From Pirellulales bacterium (GTDB taxonomy: Bacteria > Planctomycetota > Planctomycetia > Pirellulales > JAICIG01), in NCBI GenBank assembly GCA_040901675.1, contig JBBDYJ010000038.1:192001-256000 (forward strand): a stretch of 64,000 nucleotides of DNA, given 5' to 3'. A program made the position numbers and the translations under genes. The notes beneath the pieces were generated by a model. It was not told the DNA's origin. It saw only the letters and a list, made by a program, of their open reading frames with translations, and did not search any database. Positions 10,545 through 21,375 of this stretch are shown here, one piece after another (within the stretch, counting starts at the first letter, position 1; every line of letters starts with the position of its first letter).

Positions 10545-11165
10545 TTGGAAGAGGACACCGCCGTGGCGCTCCTCGCTCTGGGCGCCCTGTTCACGCCGGC
10601 CGGTCTACCAGCGCAGCCGCTCACCGAAGTGACCTACGCGAAGTGGCGCGACCACGTGCTCCCTAAGCCGAACGAGCTCGCTTACCAGCGCATCGCGTGG
10701 CGGCCGAGCTTCTGGGAGGCGGTCGTCGAGGCCCAGGAGAAGGACAGGCCGATCCTCCTATGGGCCATGAACGGGCACGCGCTCTGCAACACCTGAGGCA
10801 ACGGCGTCCTCGACCGACAGTTCGTCTGGTCCGACCCGCAGGTGCAGAAGCTGGCTAGCCAGTTCGTCGCGGCCGCAGACGCCTCCGACCGGCTCCAATC
10901 CAAGGCATGTAAGGATGAAGACGCCCTCCTGTTCCAGAAGTTCGGCGGCAAGTTTACCCTGCCTTCCCAGCGCAACGGCGGAGGGATCGGGCAGGGACAG
11001 TACGCCGTATCCCCCAGCGGGAAGTTGCTCGCGTCCTGTGCCACGCCCGACCCGAAGGAGGTCGCCGAGATGATGAGGCAGGCGCTGGCAAAGTGGAAAG
11101 GCTCCCGCGCGAAAGGCGATTGCTACCGAAGGCACCCGACCCCAGGGCCATTCAAGAAGCCTTGA
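10545..11165 (+). CDS. Thioredoxin-like protein with in-frame TGA (candidate selenoprotein, possibly degenerate)
   Basis: ORFs 10545-10796 and 10842-11165 share a frame: EAQEKDRPILLWAMNGHALCNT-TGA-GNGVLDRQFVWSDPQVQKLASQFV. Confidence 0.6.
10810..10834 (+). promoter_or_regulatory. Candidate bacterial SECIS hairpin
   Basis: GACC-GAC-[AGTTC]-GTC-T-GGTC; loop begins 22 nt after the TGA, G at loop position 2, bulged U. Confidence 0.45.
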
Positions 11166-11250
11166 CCTGCCGCCCCATCGGTCGCTATCCATAAACTAAT
11201 AGATCAGCAGATTTCGTGCGGGCCGTGTCACGGAGCGGGAGGTCGAGCCG

Positions 11251-13089
11251 ATGAACATCACTACTCTGGCGGTTGGTCCTGGGGTGACTCTTGAGGACAT
11301 CCTCATCACCCCGGAACTTTCCCGCCGCAGGTCCCGAGCGCCCGATTACCCCGCCGAGAACCGCGCACTGGTCGCGCTGGCGCGCGAGATGGCGACCAAT
11401 CCCAAGAACCTGCCGCAGAAGCTGGTGGACCTGGCCTTGGAACTGTGCCGGGCCGGCTCGGCTGGCATCAGCTTGCTCAAGACCGACGCGGAGGGCGAAT
11501 ACTTCTCCTGGGAGGCCCTGGCCGGCGTGTACGCCCCCCGGGTGGGGGGCCGGACGCCGCGTAACTTCAGCCCTTGCGGAACAACTCTGGACCGCGGTGC
11601 CCCGCAGCTCTTCTCCTGCCCGGCCCGCTACTTCACCTACTTCGAGAGGGTGGACAGCCGCATCGCCGAGGGGCTGGTAATCCCGTTCGCCCTCAACGGC
11701 CACGCACTGGGCACGATCTGGGTTCTGACCCACGACGAGTCCCGCCGCTTCGACGCTGAGGACGTGCACATCATGACGGTCCTCGCCGAATTTACTGCGG
11801 CGGCACTACAGACGCTCTCGTCTCACAACGCCGCGACGAAAGCTCAGGACGAATTGCGGCGGAACAACCAGGCGTTGCGGGAGAGCGAGGCGCGGTTCCG
11901 CAAGTTGGTGTTGGCGTTGCCGGCGGCGGTGTACACCACGGACCGCGAGGGGCGTGTCACCCTCTTCAACGACCGGGCCGCCAAACTCTGGGGCCGCCGC
12001 CCGGAAGTCGGCAAGGACCTGTGGTGCGGCTCGTGGCGGATCTTCCGGCCCGACGGCACGCCCCTGCCGCACGACCAGTGCCCGATGGCGGTGGCGCTGC
12101 GCGAGGGCCGCGGCGTCCGGGGCCAGGAGATCGTCGTCGAGCGGCCGGACGGGGCCCGGGTCTGCGTCCTGCCCTACCCCGAGCCGCTGCGCGACGCCGC
12201 GGGGGAGGTCGTCGGCGCGGTCAACATGCTCGTGGACGTCACCGACCGCAAACGCACCGAGGAGGCGCTCCGCGAGGCCCACGACGAGTTGGGGAGGCGC
12301 GTGGAGGAACGGACCGCGGAGCTGGCCAAGGTGAATGAAGTCCTGAAAGCGGAGATTGCACGGCACCAACAGACGGATGCAGCCCGCAGCGAGGCCGTGC
12401 AGCAACTGATCAATGCCAAGGAGGCGGAACGCCACCGCCTCGCGCGGGAACTGCACGACCGGATGGGACAGCACCTGACCGCGCTCATGCTCGGGTTGAG
12501 AATGCTCAGGGATGGCACGCCGGAATTGTCCTCCGCACGCGAGCGCCTGCAACAATTACAGGAACTCGCTGACCTCATGGGCAGAGAGATTCACCACCTC
12601 GCCCTGGAACTCCGCCCCACGGCGCTCGATGACTTCGGCCTGCACACGGCCCTGGGCAACTACATTGAGGAGTGGTCCGAACGCTCAGGGGTCGGGGTCG
12701 ATCTCTACAGCACAGGCCTGGACGGGAATCGCCTACCCTCCCCCATCGAAACGGCCCTGTACCGGGTGGTGCAGGAGGGGCTGACGAACGTGCTCAAGCA
12801 TGCCCAGGCCCGGCGTGTCAGCCTCATCCTTCGGCGCTCCCCGGACCAGGTGCTCGCCATCCTCGAAGACGACGGCCGCGGTTTCGACGCCGACGCGGCG
12901 ATCAGCACCCGGGGCCCTCAGGGCCGATTGGGCCTGCTGGGGATGAGGGAGCGTGTGGCGCTAGTCGGTGGGACGCTGACCATCGAATCCACGCCCGGGA
13001 GAGGCACGACGATCTTCGCCCGGATTCCGTCGCCGGGGGATGGGGAGGAGGACAGCGATGGTGAAACTGCGCGTCTACCTGGCCGATGA
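11251..13089 (+). CDS. GAF-PAS sensor histidine kinase (HisKA_3 type)
   Basis: GAF (AGISLL..PCGTTLDR), PAS/PAC, ERHRLARELHDRMGQHL, EGLTNVLKHA, EDDGRGF, LGLLGMRER. Confidence 0.92.
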   Translation: MNITTLAVGPGVTLEDILITPELSRRRSRAPDYPAENRALVALAREMATNPKNLPQKLVDLALELCRAGSAGISLLKTDAEGEYFSWEALAGVYAPRVGGRTPRNFSPCGTTLDRGAPQLFSCPARYFTYFERVDSRIAEGLVIPFALNGHALGTIWVLTHDESRRFDAEDVHIMTVLAEFTAAALQTLSSHNAATKAQDELRRNNQALRESEARFRKLVLALPAAVYTTDREGRVTLFNDRAAKLWGRRPEVGKDLWCGSWRIFRPDGTPLPHDQCPMAVALREGRGVRGQEIVVERPDGARVCVLPYPEPLRDAAGEVVGAVNMLVDVTDRKRTEEALREAHDELGRRVEERTAELAKVNEVLKAEIARHQQTDAARSEAVQQLINAKEAERHRLARELHDRMGQHLTALMLGLRMLRDGTPELSSARERLQQLQELADLMGREIHHLALELRPTALDDFGLHTALGNYIEEWSERSGVGVDLYSTGLDGNRLPSPIETALYRVVQEGLTNVLKHAQARRVSLILRRSPDQVLAILEDDGRGFDADAAISTRGPQGRLGLLGMRERVALVGGTLTIESTPGRGTTIFARIPSPGDGEEDSDGETARLPGR

Positions 13090-13711
13090 TCATGCGGTCG
13101 TCCGCGCAGGGTTGAAGGCCCTCATCGACTCCCAGCCCGATATGGAGGTGAGCGGCGAGGCGGGCGACGGCCGGGCCGCGTGCCAGCACGTCCAGGAATT
13201 GCAGCCCGATGTGGTGGTCATGGACATCTCCATGCCGGGTGTCAGTGGCGCTCAGGCAACGGCCCAGTTAAAGGAGACGTGCCCCGGCGTCAAGGTGCTG
13301 GCGCTCACCGTCCACGAGGACACGGGCTATCTGCGCTTGCTCCTGGAGGCCGGCGCGTCGGGTTACGTGCTTAAGCGTGCCGCGGCGGAAGAGCTGATCC
13401 ACGCCATCCGCACGGTGGCCGCGGGCGGCGTGTACCTGGACCCGGCGCTTGCGGGCAAGGTCGTGGGAAGCTTTGTGCGTGCCCCAGTGGGGAAGAGCGT
13501 TCCCAAGGGCGGTGGCCTGAGCGACCGGGAGGCCGAGGTGGTGCGTCTCATCGCCGCGGGCTACAGCAATAAAGAGATTGCCAATCGGCTCAGCCTGAGC
13601 GTCAAAACTGTCGAGACGTACAAGGCCCGTTCGATGGAGAAGCTCGGCCTGGACAGCCGTGCAGACCTCGTGCGCTACGCTTTGCAGCGGGGCTGGTTGC
13701 AGAACGTCTGA
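13058..13711 (+). CDS. NarL/FixJ-family response regulator
   Basis: LADDHAVVRAGL, PDVVVMDISMP, LuxR HTH LSDREAEV..GYSNKEIA..LSVKTVETY. Confidence 0.95.
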   Translation: MVKLRVYLADDHAVVRAGLKALIDSQPDMEVSGEAGDGRAACQHVQELQPDVVVMDISMPGVSGAQATAQLKETCPGVKVLALTVHEDTGYLRLLLEAGASGYVLKRAAAEELIHAIRTVAAGGVYLDPALAGKVVGSFVRAPVGKSVPKGGGLSDREAEVVRLIAAGYSNKEIANRLSLSVKTVETYKARSMEKLGLDSRADLVRYALQRGWLQNV

Positions 13712-13918
13712 CGGCTTGAAAGCCGCCCGTTGTGCTGGCTTTCGGTCCAACGAGCCTCTTTCGCTATTGTCCGAGAATCTCCTGACACCTGCGCTTTTTT
13801 CGGACGCAGCAGACGCTGGTTTTCCGACACTCTTGCTTCTTCTCGCTGGTAAAAACACCTCTACGATTGCCCGATTACTCAGATAGAAAACTCTGAGACT
13901 TTTGGCAGAGCCGTTCGC

Positions 13919-15018
13919 ATGTCCCAGGATGAATTAACGTTTTGGAAGCAGGCAGACTGGTCGCGTGTCGCTCTTAACAGCATCGGCGATGCGGTAATCG
14001 TCAGTGACGCCCTAAGCCGGGTAGTTTTCATGAACCCCGTCGCTGAAACCCTGACCGGCTGGTCACAGGCAGAAGCGGTCGGGAGACCCCTGCCGGCCGT
14101 CTTCCGGATCATCAACGAACGGACCCGGTCGAGGACCCGGTGGCCAAAGTACTTACCAGCGGCGTGGTCCTTGGACTGGCCAACCACACCCTGCTGCTGG
14201 CTCGGGACGGCACGGAACGACCCATCAACGACACTGGCGCACCGATCCGCGACCACGACGGAAGGCTCGCAGGCGTCGTATGGATCTTTCGCGACATTAC
14301 CGAGCGTCGGCGGGCGGAGCAGGCCGCAGAGGCAGCGCGAGCGTATGCTGAGGCCATTGTGGAGGCGGCCGGCTTGACGCTCGATCTTCAGTTGCCGGAT
14401 CAGGCGCTCTGGGTGAGAGGCGATCCGACGCGGCTGGCGCAGATCGTGGGCAACCTCCTGCACAACGCCAGCAAATTCACCGATCCGGGCGGGTACGTGA
14501 GCGTACAGGTGACGCAGGATGCGGGCGGCGACACGGCCGTGATTGCCGTCCGCGACACGGGCATCGGTATGGATCCGAAGATGCTGGCCGAAGTCTTTGA
14601 GACGTTTCGCCAGGGGGAGAACGGCCGGGACCACAACCGGGGGGGGGCTTGGCCTGGGGTTGGCGTTGGTCAAGGGGGTGGTCGCGTTGCACGACGGTAC
14701 CGTGCACGCCGCCAGCGAAAGACCAGGGCGCGGCTGCAAGATCACGGTCCGGCTCCCGATGGAGCGCGCCCCGGAGCCGCCCAAGCCGGCGAGTCACACT
14801 CCCGCACTTGCCGAGCAAGCGTACCGGATCTCGTCATCGAGGACAATCGCGACGCGGCCGAGAGCATGAAGATACTGCTCGGGCTGGTCGGCCATCGGGT
14901 CGAAACGGCTTCTACCGGCGCCGCCGGAGTTGACGTAGCCCGAGCGTTTCACCCCCAGGTTGTGCTGTGCGACATTGGGCTGCCGGGCGGAACTGCCAGT
15001 AGGGTCCTGCGCCGATGA
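13919..15018 (+). pseudogene. Hybrid PAS histidine kinase/receiver, frameshifted and internally deleted
   Basis: PAS (SIGDAVI..MNPVAETLTGW), HATPase (GDPTRLAQIVGNLLHNASKFT; GGLGLGL in another frame after the G-run at 14639), truncated receiver; no HisKA box. Confidence 0.85.
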
Positions 15019-15622
15019 AACATGCGAGAAGCCCGCCGTAACCATCTAGTTCTAGTTCGGGCGGTCTCAAAGATCCTTCGCCGCCCAACGGATAAGGAAT
15101 TCGGTACGACCGGGTGACCGGCTTTGCGGATTTTAGCCTATGGGCATTTGTTTGCCGCCGCTCCAGGATGCTCTCTTCAAGAGCAGAAGGTTGTCCTTGT
15201 AGCGGCCTGCACCGATGCGGGGTAACGCAAGTTGTCTTAACCCACCAGTTTTACCTCCGCGAAACTGTCCTGACTCATCTCGCTTTCTCCCGACAAACAC
15301 AGAATCGCTCACGACTTCTTGCCTTGTCGATGGCCGACACGGTCGTTCCATTCCCTCCCGGCTCGAAGCTGGCTCGCGACATGGTCGTGCTCGACGCGAC
15401 CGCCTGAGCCGTGTTCGCTCCGTCAACGGGGCCACTCGAAGCCTGAACGGAGCCCGAAGTCCCTACATCAGCGGGGAAGTCCTGACACGTGACAACCGTG
15501 ACACGGCCCGTGAATTGCTCTTACTTTCTGCGCTTCTCCGGGGATTAGGTCGCCGAGCGATGGTGTATGTCGCACCACCTTGAGCCCCTGGCTCCGAAGA
15601 ACTACTTGCAGGAGGACATTCT

Positions 15623-16342
15623 ATGGCTGAAAACGCCACGCTTCGTGCGGAGGATCTGGTCCCGGTCCGCAGCCGGCTGAGCTGGGGCGCTATCATTGCC
15701 GGCGCTGTGTTGGCCTTGGCTGTCTACCTGGTCTTAACACTCCTGGGCGGGGCCATAGGGTTAACTATCAGCGACAACGTCCGCACCGATAGCCTCAAAA
15801 CCGGGGGTGCAATTTGGGCCATCCTGGCCACGGCAATAGCTCTGTTCGTGGGCGGTTGGGTGACCACGCAGTGTACCGTGGGAGAGAATAAGGCCGAGGC
15901 GGTCGTACATGGCGTCATCATGTGGGGAGTGGTGCTCGCGATGCTGCTGTGGTTGACGGCCACGGGTGTCCGGGCGGGCTTTAACGCGATGGTGGGGATG
16001 GCCTACGTTGGCAGCAACGCTGCTCGCAACACGTCGACCGAAGACTGGGAGGCCGCGGCACGACGCTCCGGGGTGCCCCAGGCTACGATTAACGACTGGC
16101 GACAGAAAGCCGCCGATGCCCCGGCCGAAACTCGCCGCGGGGTAGACCCCGCCAATCAGCAAGCGGCGGTTGAGACAGCGACCCAGGCGACCTGGTGGAC
16201 GCTCCTCGGCACCCTACTCTCGATGGCCGCTGCCGTCGCTGGAGCCATGGTGGGCGCCGGTCCGACGTTTCGACTCCGGGGGATTGAGGCCCCTACAACC
16301 GGTGGGATGTATGAGGACCGCCGGGTCCATGCCAGAACGTAA
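15623..16342 (+). CDS. Multi-pass membrane protein of the type found in general-stress clusters
   Basis: AGGAGG RBS; RSRLSWGAIIAGA motif; about 4 hydrophobic segments. Confidence 0.8.
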   Translation: MAENATLRAEDLVPVRSRLSWGAIIAGAVLALAVYLVLTLLGGAIGLTISDNVRTDSLKTGGAIWAILATAIALFVGGWVTTQCTVGENKAEAVVHGVIMWGVVLAMLLWLTATGVRAGFNAMVGMAYVGSNAARNTSTEDWEAAARRSGVPQATINDWRQKAADAPAETRRGVDPANQQAAVETATQATWWTLLGTLLSMAAAVAGAMVGAGPTFRLRGIEAPTTGGMYEDRRVHART

Positions 16343-16480
16343 ACCGCGGGCGAGTCACCGGAAACAACAAGGCAGACTGCCAGAGCTATCGGGGCATCTG
16401 ACAGCGCAGAACGTAGTGCCCCGACGGTTCTTCAGGCCCGTTGCCTGGAAAGTTGGGATTTCCAGCTCAGGAGCCGAATT

Positions 16481-16799
16481 ATGAATTGGGATACGATCCA
16501 GGGTCAATGGACGCAGTTCAAGGGCAAGGTCAAGGAGAAGTGGGGGGACCTCACTGACGACGACCGGCAACGTCAAGGACACCGCCGAGGAGTGGGCATC
16601 GTCAGTTGGCAGTGCCGCCGTTCAGGCCAAAGACAAGGCGCAAGAGGTCGTCGGTGCAGCGGCTGAAAAGGTTGGAGAAGTCGGGGAGGAAGTCACCGCT
16701 TTGATCCGCCGCTACCCACTTCCGGCGTTGCTGATGGGCGTCGGGGTGGGATTCCTGCTGGCGAAGATCTTGCAGGGTCCGTCGTCGGCAGCGACGTAA
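16481..16799 (+). pseudogene. CsbD N-terminus joined out of frame to an ElaB/YqjD-like tail
   Basis: [28 protein letters not shown], then in another frame [34 protein letters not shown]-stop at 16799. Confidence 0.7.
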
Positions 16800-16864
16800 A
16801 ACGTCCCGCCTTATCGCATCGTGAAGTAATGTTTCGAACATATACACTTTTTGGAGCCAGTCAC

Positions 16865-17131
16865 ATGGGATTTCTCTGGTGGTTGGTAATCGGACCACTC
16901 GCGGGTGGCGTGGCGCGCCTGCTCATTCCAGGCCGACAGCCGATGGGGCTACTATTGACCATGATCCTCGGGCTCGTCGGGTCGGTGGTCGGCGGTCTTA
17001 TCTCGACAGCGATCTTCGGCTATAGCGCCGCGGACCCAGGCTTTCATACTGGCGGCTTGATTATGTCCATAATCGGGGCGGTAATCGTCCTGGGAATCTA
17101 TGTCACCAACGCCCAGCGCAGGTTGTCGTGA
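16865..17131 (+). CDS. GlsB/YeaQ/YmgE-family stress membrane protein
   Basis: MGFLWWLVIG.LAG.VARLLIPGRQPMG..LG.VGS.VGG..SIIGAVIVL. Confidence 0.88.
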   Translation: MGFLWWLVIGPLAGGVARLLIPGRQPMGLLLTMILGLVGSVVGGLISTAIFGYSAADPGFHTGGLIMSIIGAVIVLGIYVTNAQRRLS

Positions 17132-17174
17132 AACAGCCGCGAGATCCCTCACACCAAACACAACAGAGGTCACG

Positions 17175-17714
17175 ATGAAACTCGAGTCCTTACAGGACCT
17201 GTACGTAGAGGAATTGAAAGACCTTTACAGCGCGGAGACTCAGCTTATCAACGCGCTGCCGAAAATGGCTAAGGCCGCTTCGTCTCCAGAACTGCGGACG
17301 GCTTTTGAAGATCACCTTGAGCAAACCAGAGACCAGGTAGAACGACTCGAGACGATTTTCAAGAAGCTTGGTATCAGTCCCAAAGGCAAGAAATGCAAGG
17401 CAATGGGAGGCTTGATTGAGGAAGGTAGGGAGTTGATGGCCGAGCAAGCCGCACCGGCAGTGATGGACGCTGCCCTCATTGCAGCAGCACAGCGCGTCGA
17501 GCACTATGAGATGGCGGGATATGGATGTGTGCGGACTTTTGCACGCTTACTCGGGCACAAGGAGGCGGCGGACCTGCTCCAGACAACACTCCAAGAGGAA
17601 GGGGCCGCGGACAAGAAGCTCAGCAAACTCGCAGAAACCACGATCAATGTCGAGGCCCACGAGGCCGAGCCCGCCGAAGAGCACCTCCGTGGAAGCCACA
17701 GCCGGGCAATATGA
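17175..17714 (+). CDS. YciE/YciF ferritin-like protein (DUF892)
   Basis: LYVEELKDLYSAETQ, HLEQT..QVERLE, CKAM.GLIEE, AAAQRVEHYEMAGYG, TLQEE. Confidence 0.93.
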   Translation: MKLESLQDLYVEELKDLYSAETQLINALPKMAKAASSPELRTAFEDHLEQTRDQVERLETIFKKLGISPKGKKCKAMGGLIEEGRELMAEQAAPAVMDAALIAAAQRVEHYEMAGYGCVRTFARLLGHKEAADLLQTTLQEEGAADKKLSKLAETTINVEAHEAEPAEEHLRGSHSRAI

Positions 17715-17837
17715 GCGGCTGAGCGAGAACAATAATTGAAAATCAACGTCCCGGACAAAGCCCCTGAATCAAGTGTGGGTATCGAGTGGGCACTGACGGT
17801 CAGGGCCCGCGTGATTTACTTTTAAGGAGGACTTGTG

Positions 17838-18137
17838 ATGAGCGAAACGATGGATAAACCGCGATATGCTTTTGGCAGCCAGGAAGCTGAAGAGCACTCG
17901 GAAGGAATAGTCGCCCGGACGATCGAGCAGCAGACGGCCAAGATTCCGTCGGATGTCTTCCTGTGGGCTGCATTCGCCTCCGTCGGTGGCTCCCTTTTTC
18001 TGCAGATGTCGGGCAAGAAGGAAGCGAGCCTCTTTGTGGGGCAATGGGCTCCCACCTTCTTGATCCTCGGCCTTTATAACAAGCTGGTCAAGATCGCCGG
18101 GTCGGACCGAACTGAGAGCGCGCGGTCCCAGGTGTGA
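17838..18137 (+). CDS. Small membrane-associated hypothetical protein
   Basis: AAGGAGG RBS; EHSEGIVARTIEQQTAKIPSDVFLWAA..FVGQWAPTFLILGLYNKLVK. Confidence 0.8.
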   Translation: MSETMDKPRYAFGSQEAEEHSEGIVARTIEQQTAKIPSDVFLWAAFASVGGSLFLQMSGKKEASLFVGQWAPTFLILGLYNKLVKIAGSDRTESARSQV

Positions 18138-18655
18138 CCTATAGACGGCTGAAACTGGTGCCCTAACGGGAACTGGGGGTGGGGCAGATGTCTTCCCCCC
18201 CTTTTAGCTTTGCGTAGAGAGCGACTTTCGCCAACCAAGATATCGAACAGGCTTTCCATTCTGTGTTTCAGCGCACAGGAGAATAGTGTCCGTACTTGTA
18301 AGGAGAAGAATGATGGCTCAGGAATCCCAGACAGCGGAGATCGAGACGGCCGTAGCCCTTGGCTACGTTTGTGGCAGCTTCTTTTTTTCGCCACCGCTAG
18401 ATCCTTACTGAGTGCATCGCGGCGACCGCTAAGCCAACAAGGGCCTTCCAAACATGACAACGAAACGCTCATGACGGGGCGGTTCCCCCGGAGATCGTGG
18501 TCTGCCTCGACTTGGTTGCCGGCGAATTTTCGACGTGTGCCCCGCCTGGGAATGTGGTTTGCAGTCTCTCACGGACGCCACAGGGGCTAAAAGCTAGCCC
18601 GGGGGCTTCCATCACTCGGACAGTGGGCGTGGCGCATCAGCGCCAAGGAGGATTC

Positions 18656-21373
18656 ATGCGCCGACACCCCGATCTCATCGTATTTTCCCACCTCCGTTGG
18701 GACTTCGTATGGCAGCGCCCCCAGCACCTGCTCACGCGGCTCGCGGCCGACCGCCGGGTGTTCTTTATCGAGGAGCCGGTGTGCTCCGACCACGGCGAGC
18801 CTGCCTGGGACTGCCGGTCGCCTGAGCCGGGAGTGACCGTCTGCCGGCCGCGCACGCCCTGCGAAGCTCCTGGCTTTCATGACGACCAGATGCCCTATCT
18901 GTGCGACTTGGTCGAGCGTCTCCGGGAAGAAAAAGCGGTCGGCGACCATGTAGCGTGGTTCTATACGCCGATGGCCCTGCCGCTCCTGAAAGGGCTAAAC
19001 CCATGTGCCGTCGTCTACGACTGCATGGACGAGCTTTCTGGGTTCCGGGACGCCCCACCGCAGATGCTCGAGCGTGAGGCGGAGCTGCTGCGCCGAGCCG
19101 ACGTGGTGTTCACCGGCGGGCCCAGCCTCTACCAGTCGAAGAAGGACCGCCACCCCCATGTCCACTGCTTCCCCAGCAGCGTCGATCTGGCCCACTTCGG
19201 CCAAGCGAAGGGCGGCCTGGCCGACCACCCCGCACAGGCGGCCCTGCCCCACCCGCGGCTGGGCTTCTTCGGCGTCATTGATGAGCGGCTCGACGTACCG
19301 CTGCTCGACGCGGTGGCTCGGGCCCGGCCCGACTGGCAGCTCGTGCTGGTGGGCCCGGTGGTGAAAATTGACCCGGCAGACCTCCCGCACCACGCCAACA
19401 TTCATTACTTCGGCCAGCGCGCCTACCAGGACCTGCCCGCCTTTCTGACGGGCTGGGATGTGTGCCTACTGCCGTTCGCCCGCAACGAGGCGACGCGCTT
19501 CATCAGCCCGACCAAGACGCTGGAATACATGGCCGCGGAGAAACCTATTGTTAGTACGCGCATTGCCGACGTGGCCGGCCCCTACGGGGACATCGTGTAC
19601 CTGGCTGATACCGCGGAGGAGTTCACGGCGGGTTGCGCCCGGGCGCTGACGGCCAGCGCCGACGACAACGCTCGCCGTCGGGAGCAGATGCGAAGGGTGC
19701 TGGCTCGGACCTCCTGGGACCAGACCGCTCAGGGCATGAGCGACCTCCTCCAAGAGGTCGTTGCCAAGCGCCCGGATGTTACCGCAGCGCGCCACGCCCC
19801 TGCAGAATTCTGGGGCAGTGGGTCCGCCCGAACGGGCACAGACGCCGGCGGCGGTCAGCGGAGCGAACCTTCGGTGGTAGTCGTGGGTGCCGGCCCCACC
19901 GGCCTGAGCGCGGCTTACCATTTGGGTGAAGACGCCCTCCTACTGGAACAGAACGACCGCGTCGGCGGGTGGTGCCGTTCCGTCCAAGAGAACGGTTTCA
20001 CGTTCGACTTCGCCGGTCACATCATGTTCTCGAACGACCTCTACGTCCACGAGCTATACAAACTCTTGTTGGGCGACAACATCCACTGGCAGGATCGCGA
20101 AGCGTGGGTCTACAGCAGGAACGTCTACAGCCGCTACCCCTTCCAGGGCGCCCTCTACGGCCTGCCCGCGGAAGTCATTAAGGAGTGTATCTTGGGCGCC
20201 ATCGAGGCGCGATTCGGCCCCCTGAAGAATTCCAACGACAACGCGGCGCTCGTGCAGGCGGCGCCCTGCGGCGGGGCCGTGGAGGACTGCTGCGCCGATG
20301 GCGTCCTGGAGAGCACCGCCCGGCTAGTGGAGGCCAACGGCACCAACGGGGACGGTGCCGCGCCACCGGGCGGCGGGCCGCGCAATTTCGAGGAATTCAT
20401 TTACCAGGTGTGGGGGGCCGGCATCGCCAAGCACTTCGCCGTGCCGTACAACCGCAAGCTCTGGGCGGTTCCGTTGTCCGAGATGGAGACCTCCTGGCTG
20501 GGCGGCCGGGTGCCGATCCCCGACCTGGGGGAGATGATCGAAGGGGCGCTTCGGCCTGTGCCGAAGCCGATGGGTCCCAACGCCCGCTTCGGTTACCCGC
20601 TCAGGGGCGGCTTTCAGGCGCTCGTGGACGGCTTCCTCCCGCACCTTCAAGGGCCCCTCCGCTTAGGCGCCCGCGTTGCCGCGGTGTCCCCGACCCGCCG
20701 CCTTTTAACGCTCCAGGACGGGACCGAGGTCCCGTACGAGCAGTTGATCAGCACGATACCGCTGCCAGTGCTAGTCCGCTGCATGGGCGACGAAGCACCG
20801 GAGGAAGTGCGCCGGGCCGTCGCCGGCCTGCGTTACGTCTCGGTGCGCTGCATCCATCTGGGCGTCGGCCGGGAGAACCTGACGGAAAAACACTGGATTT
20901 ATTACCCCGAGGAGACGGTCTTCCACCGCATCTTTGTGCAGGGCAACGCCAGCCCCCACTGCAACCCGCCCGGCGGCTTCGGCCTGACCTGCGAGATCAC
21001 CTACCACCCCGAGTACAAGCCGCTGCCGTGCGAGGGGGACGCTCTCATCCAGCGCTGCATCGCGGACTGTCACCGAGTCGGCTTCTTCCGGCCTGAGGAC
21101 TCGATCTGGGCCGCCACCCAGTGCGACCTGCCACATGCCTACGTCGTCTACGATCACGCCCGGCCGAACAACGTGGCAACAATTCGCGATTGGCTGCTGG
21201 AGCAGGACATCGTGCTGGCCGGGCGCTATAGCGAGTGGGAATACTACAACTCCGACCACGCCTTCCTGGCCGGGAAAAAGGCGGCCGAGACGGTGCGTGA
21301 GCTGCGGGCTGCGCGAGCGCGGCCGCCGTTGTGTGAGCAGGCTGCCGGGAGTGGGTCCCTTATGGGGGGGTAG
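18656..21373 (+). CDS. Glycosyltransferase (GT4-like) fused to an FAD-dependent oxidoreductase (UDP-galactopyranose-mutase-like)
   Basis: FSHLRWDFVWQRPQHLL, YDCMDELSGF, SPTKTLEY; then VVGAGPTGLSAA, GFTFDFAGH, AGRYSEWEYYNSDHA. Confidence 0.85.
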   Translation: MRRHPDLIVFSHLRWDFVWQRPQHLLTRLAADRRVFFIEEPVCSDHGEPAWDCRSPEPGVTVCRPRTPCEAPGFHDDQMPYLCDLVERLREEKAVGDHVAWFYTPMALPLLKGLNPCAVVYDCMDELSGFRDAPPQMLEREAELLRRADVVFTGGPSLYQSKKDRHPHVHCFPSSVDLAHFGQAKGGLADHPAQAALPHPRLGFFGVIDERLDVPLLDAVARARPDWQLVLVGPVVKIDPADLPHHANIHYFGQRAYQDLPAFLTGWDVCLLPFARNEATRFISPTKTLEYMAAEKPIVSTRIADVAGPYGDIVYLADTAEEFTAGCARALTASADDNARRREQMRRVLARTSWDQTAQGMSDLLQEVVAKRPDVTAARHAPAEFWGSGSARTGTDAGGGQRSEPSVVVVGAGPTGLSAAYHLGEDALLLEQNDRVGGWCRSVQENGFTFDFAGHIMFSNDLYVHELYKLLLGDNIHWQDREAWVYSRNVYSRYPFQGALYGLPAEVIKECILGAIEARFGPLKNSNDNAALVQAAPCGGAVEDCCADGVLESTARLVEANGTNGDGAAPPGGGPRNFEEFIYQVWGAGIAKHFAVPYNRKLWAVPLSEMETSWLGGRVPIPDLGEMIEGALRPVPKPMGPNARFGYPLRGGFQALVDGFLPHLQGPLRLGARVAAVSPTRRLLTLQDGTEVPYEQLISTIPLPVLVRCMGDEAPEEVRRAVAGLRYVSVRCIHLGVGRENLTEKHWIYYPEETVFHRIFVQGNASPHCNPPGGFGLTCEITYHPEYKPLPCEGDALIQRCIADCHRVGFFRPEDSIWAATQCDLPHAYVVYDHARPNNVATIRDWLLEQDIVLAGRYSEWEYYNSDHAFLAGKKAAETVRELRAARARPPLCEQAAGSGSLMGG

Positions 21374-21375
21374 AC

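Noticed and set aside
14639..14647. Poly-G phase-variation switch in the hybrid kinase
   Set aside because: The gene has other frameshifts and lacks its HisKA domain, so slippage could not restore it
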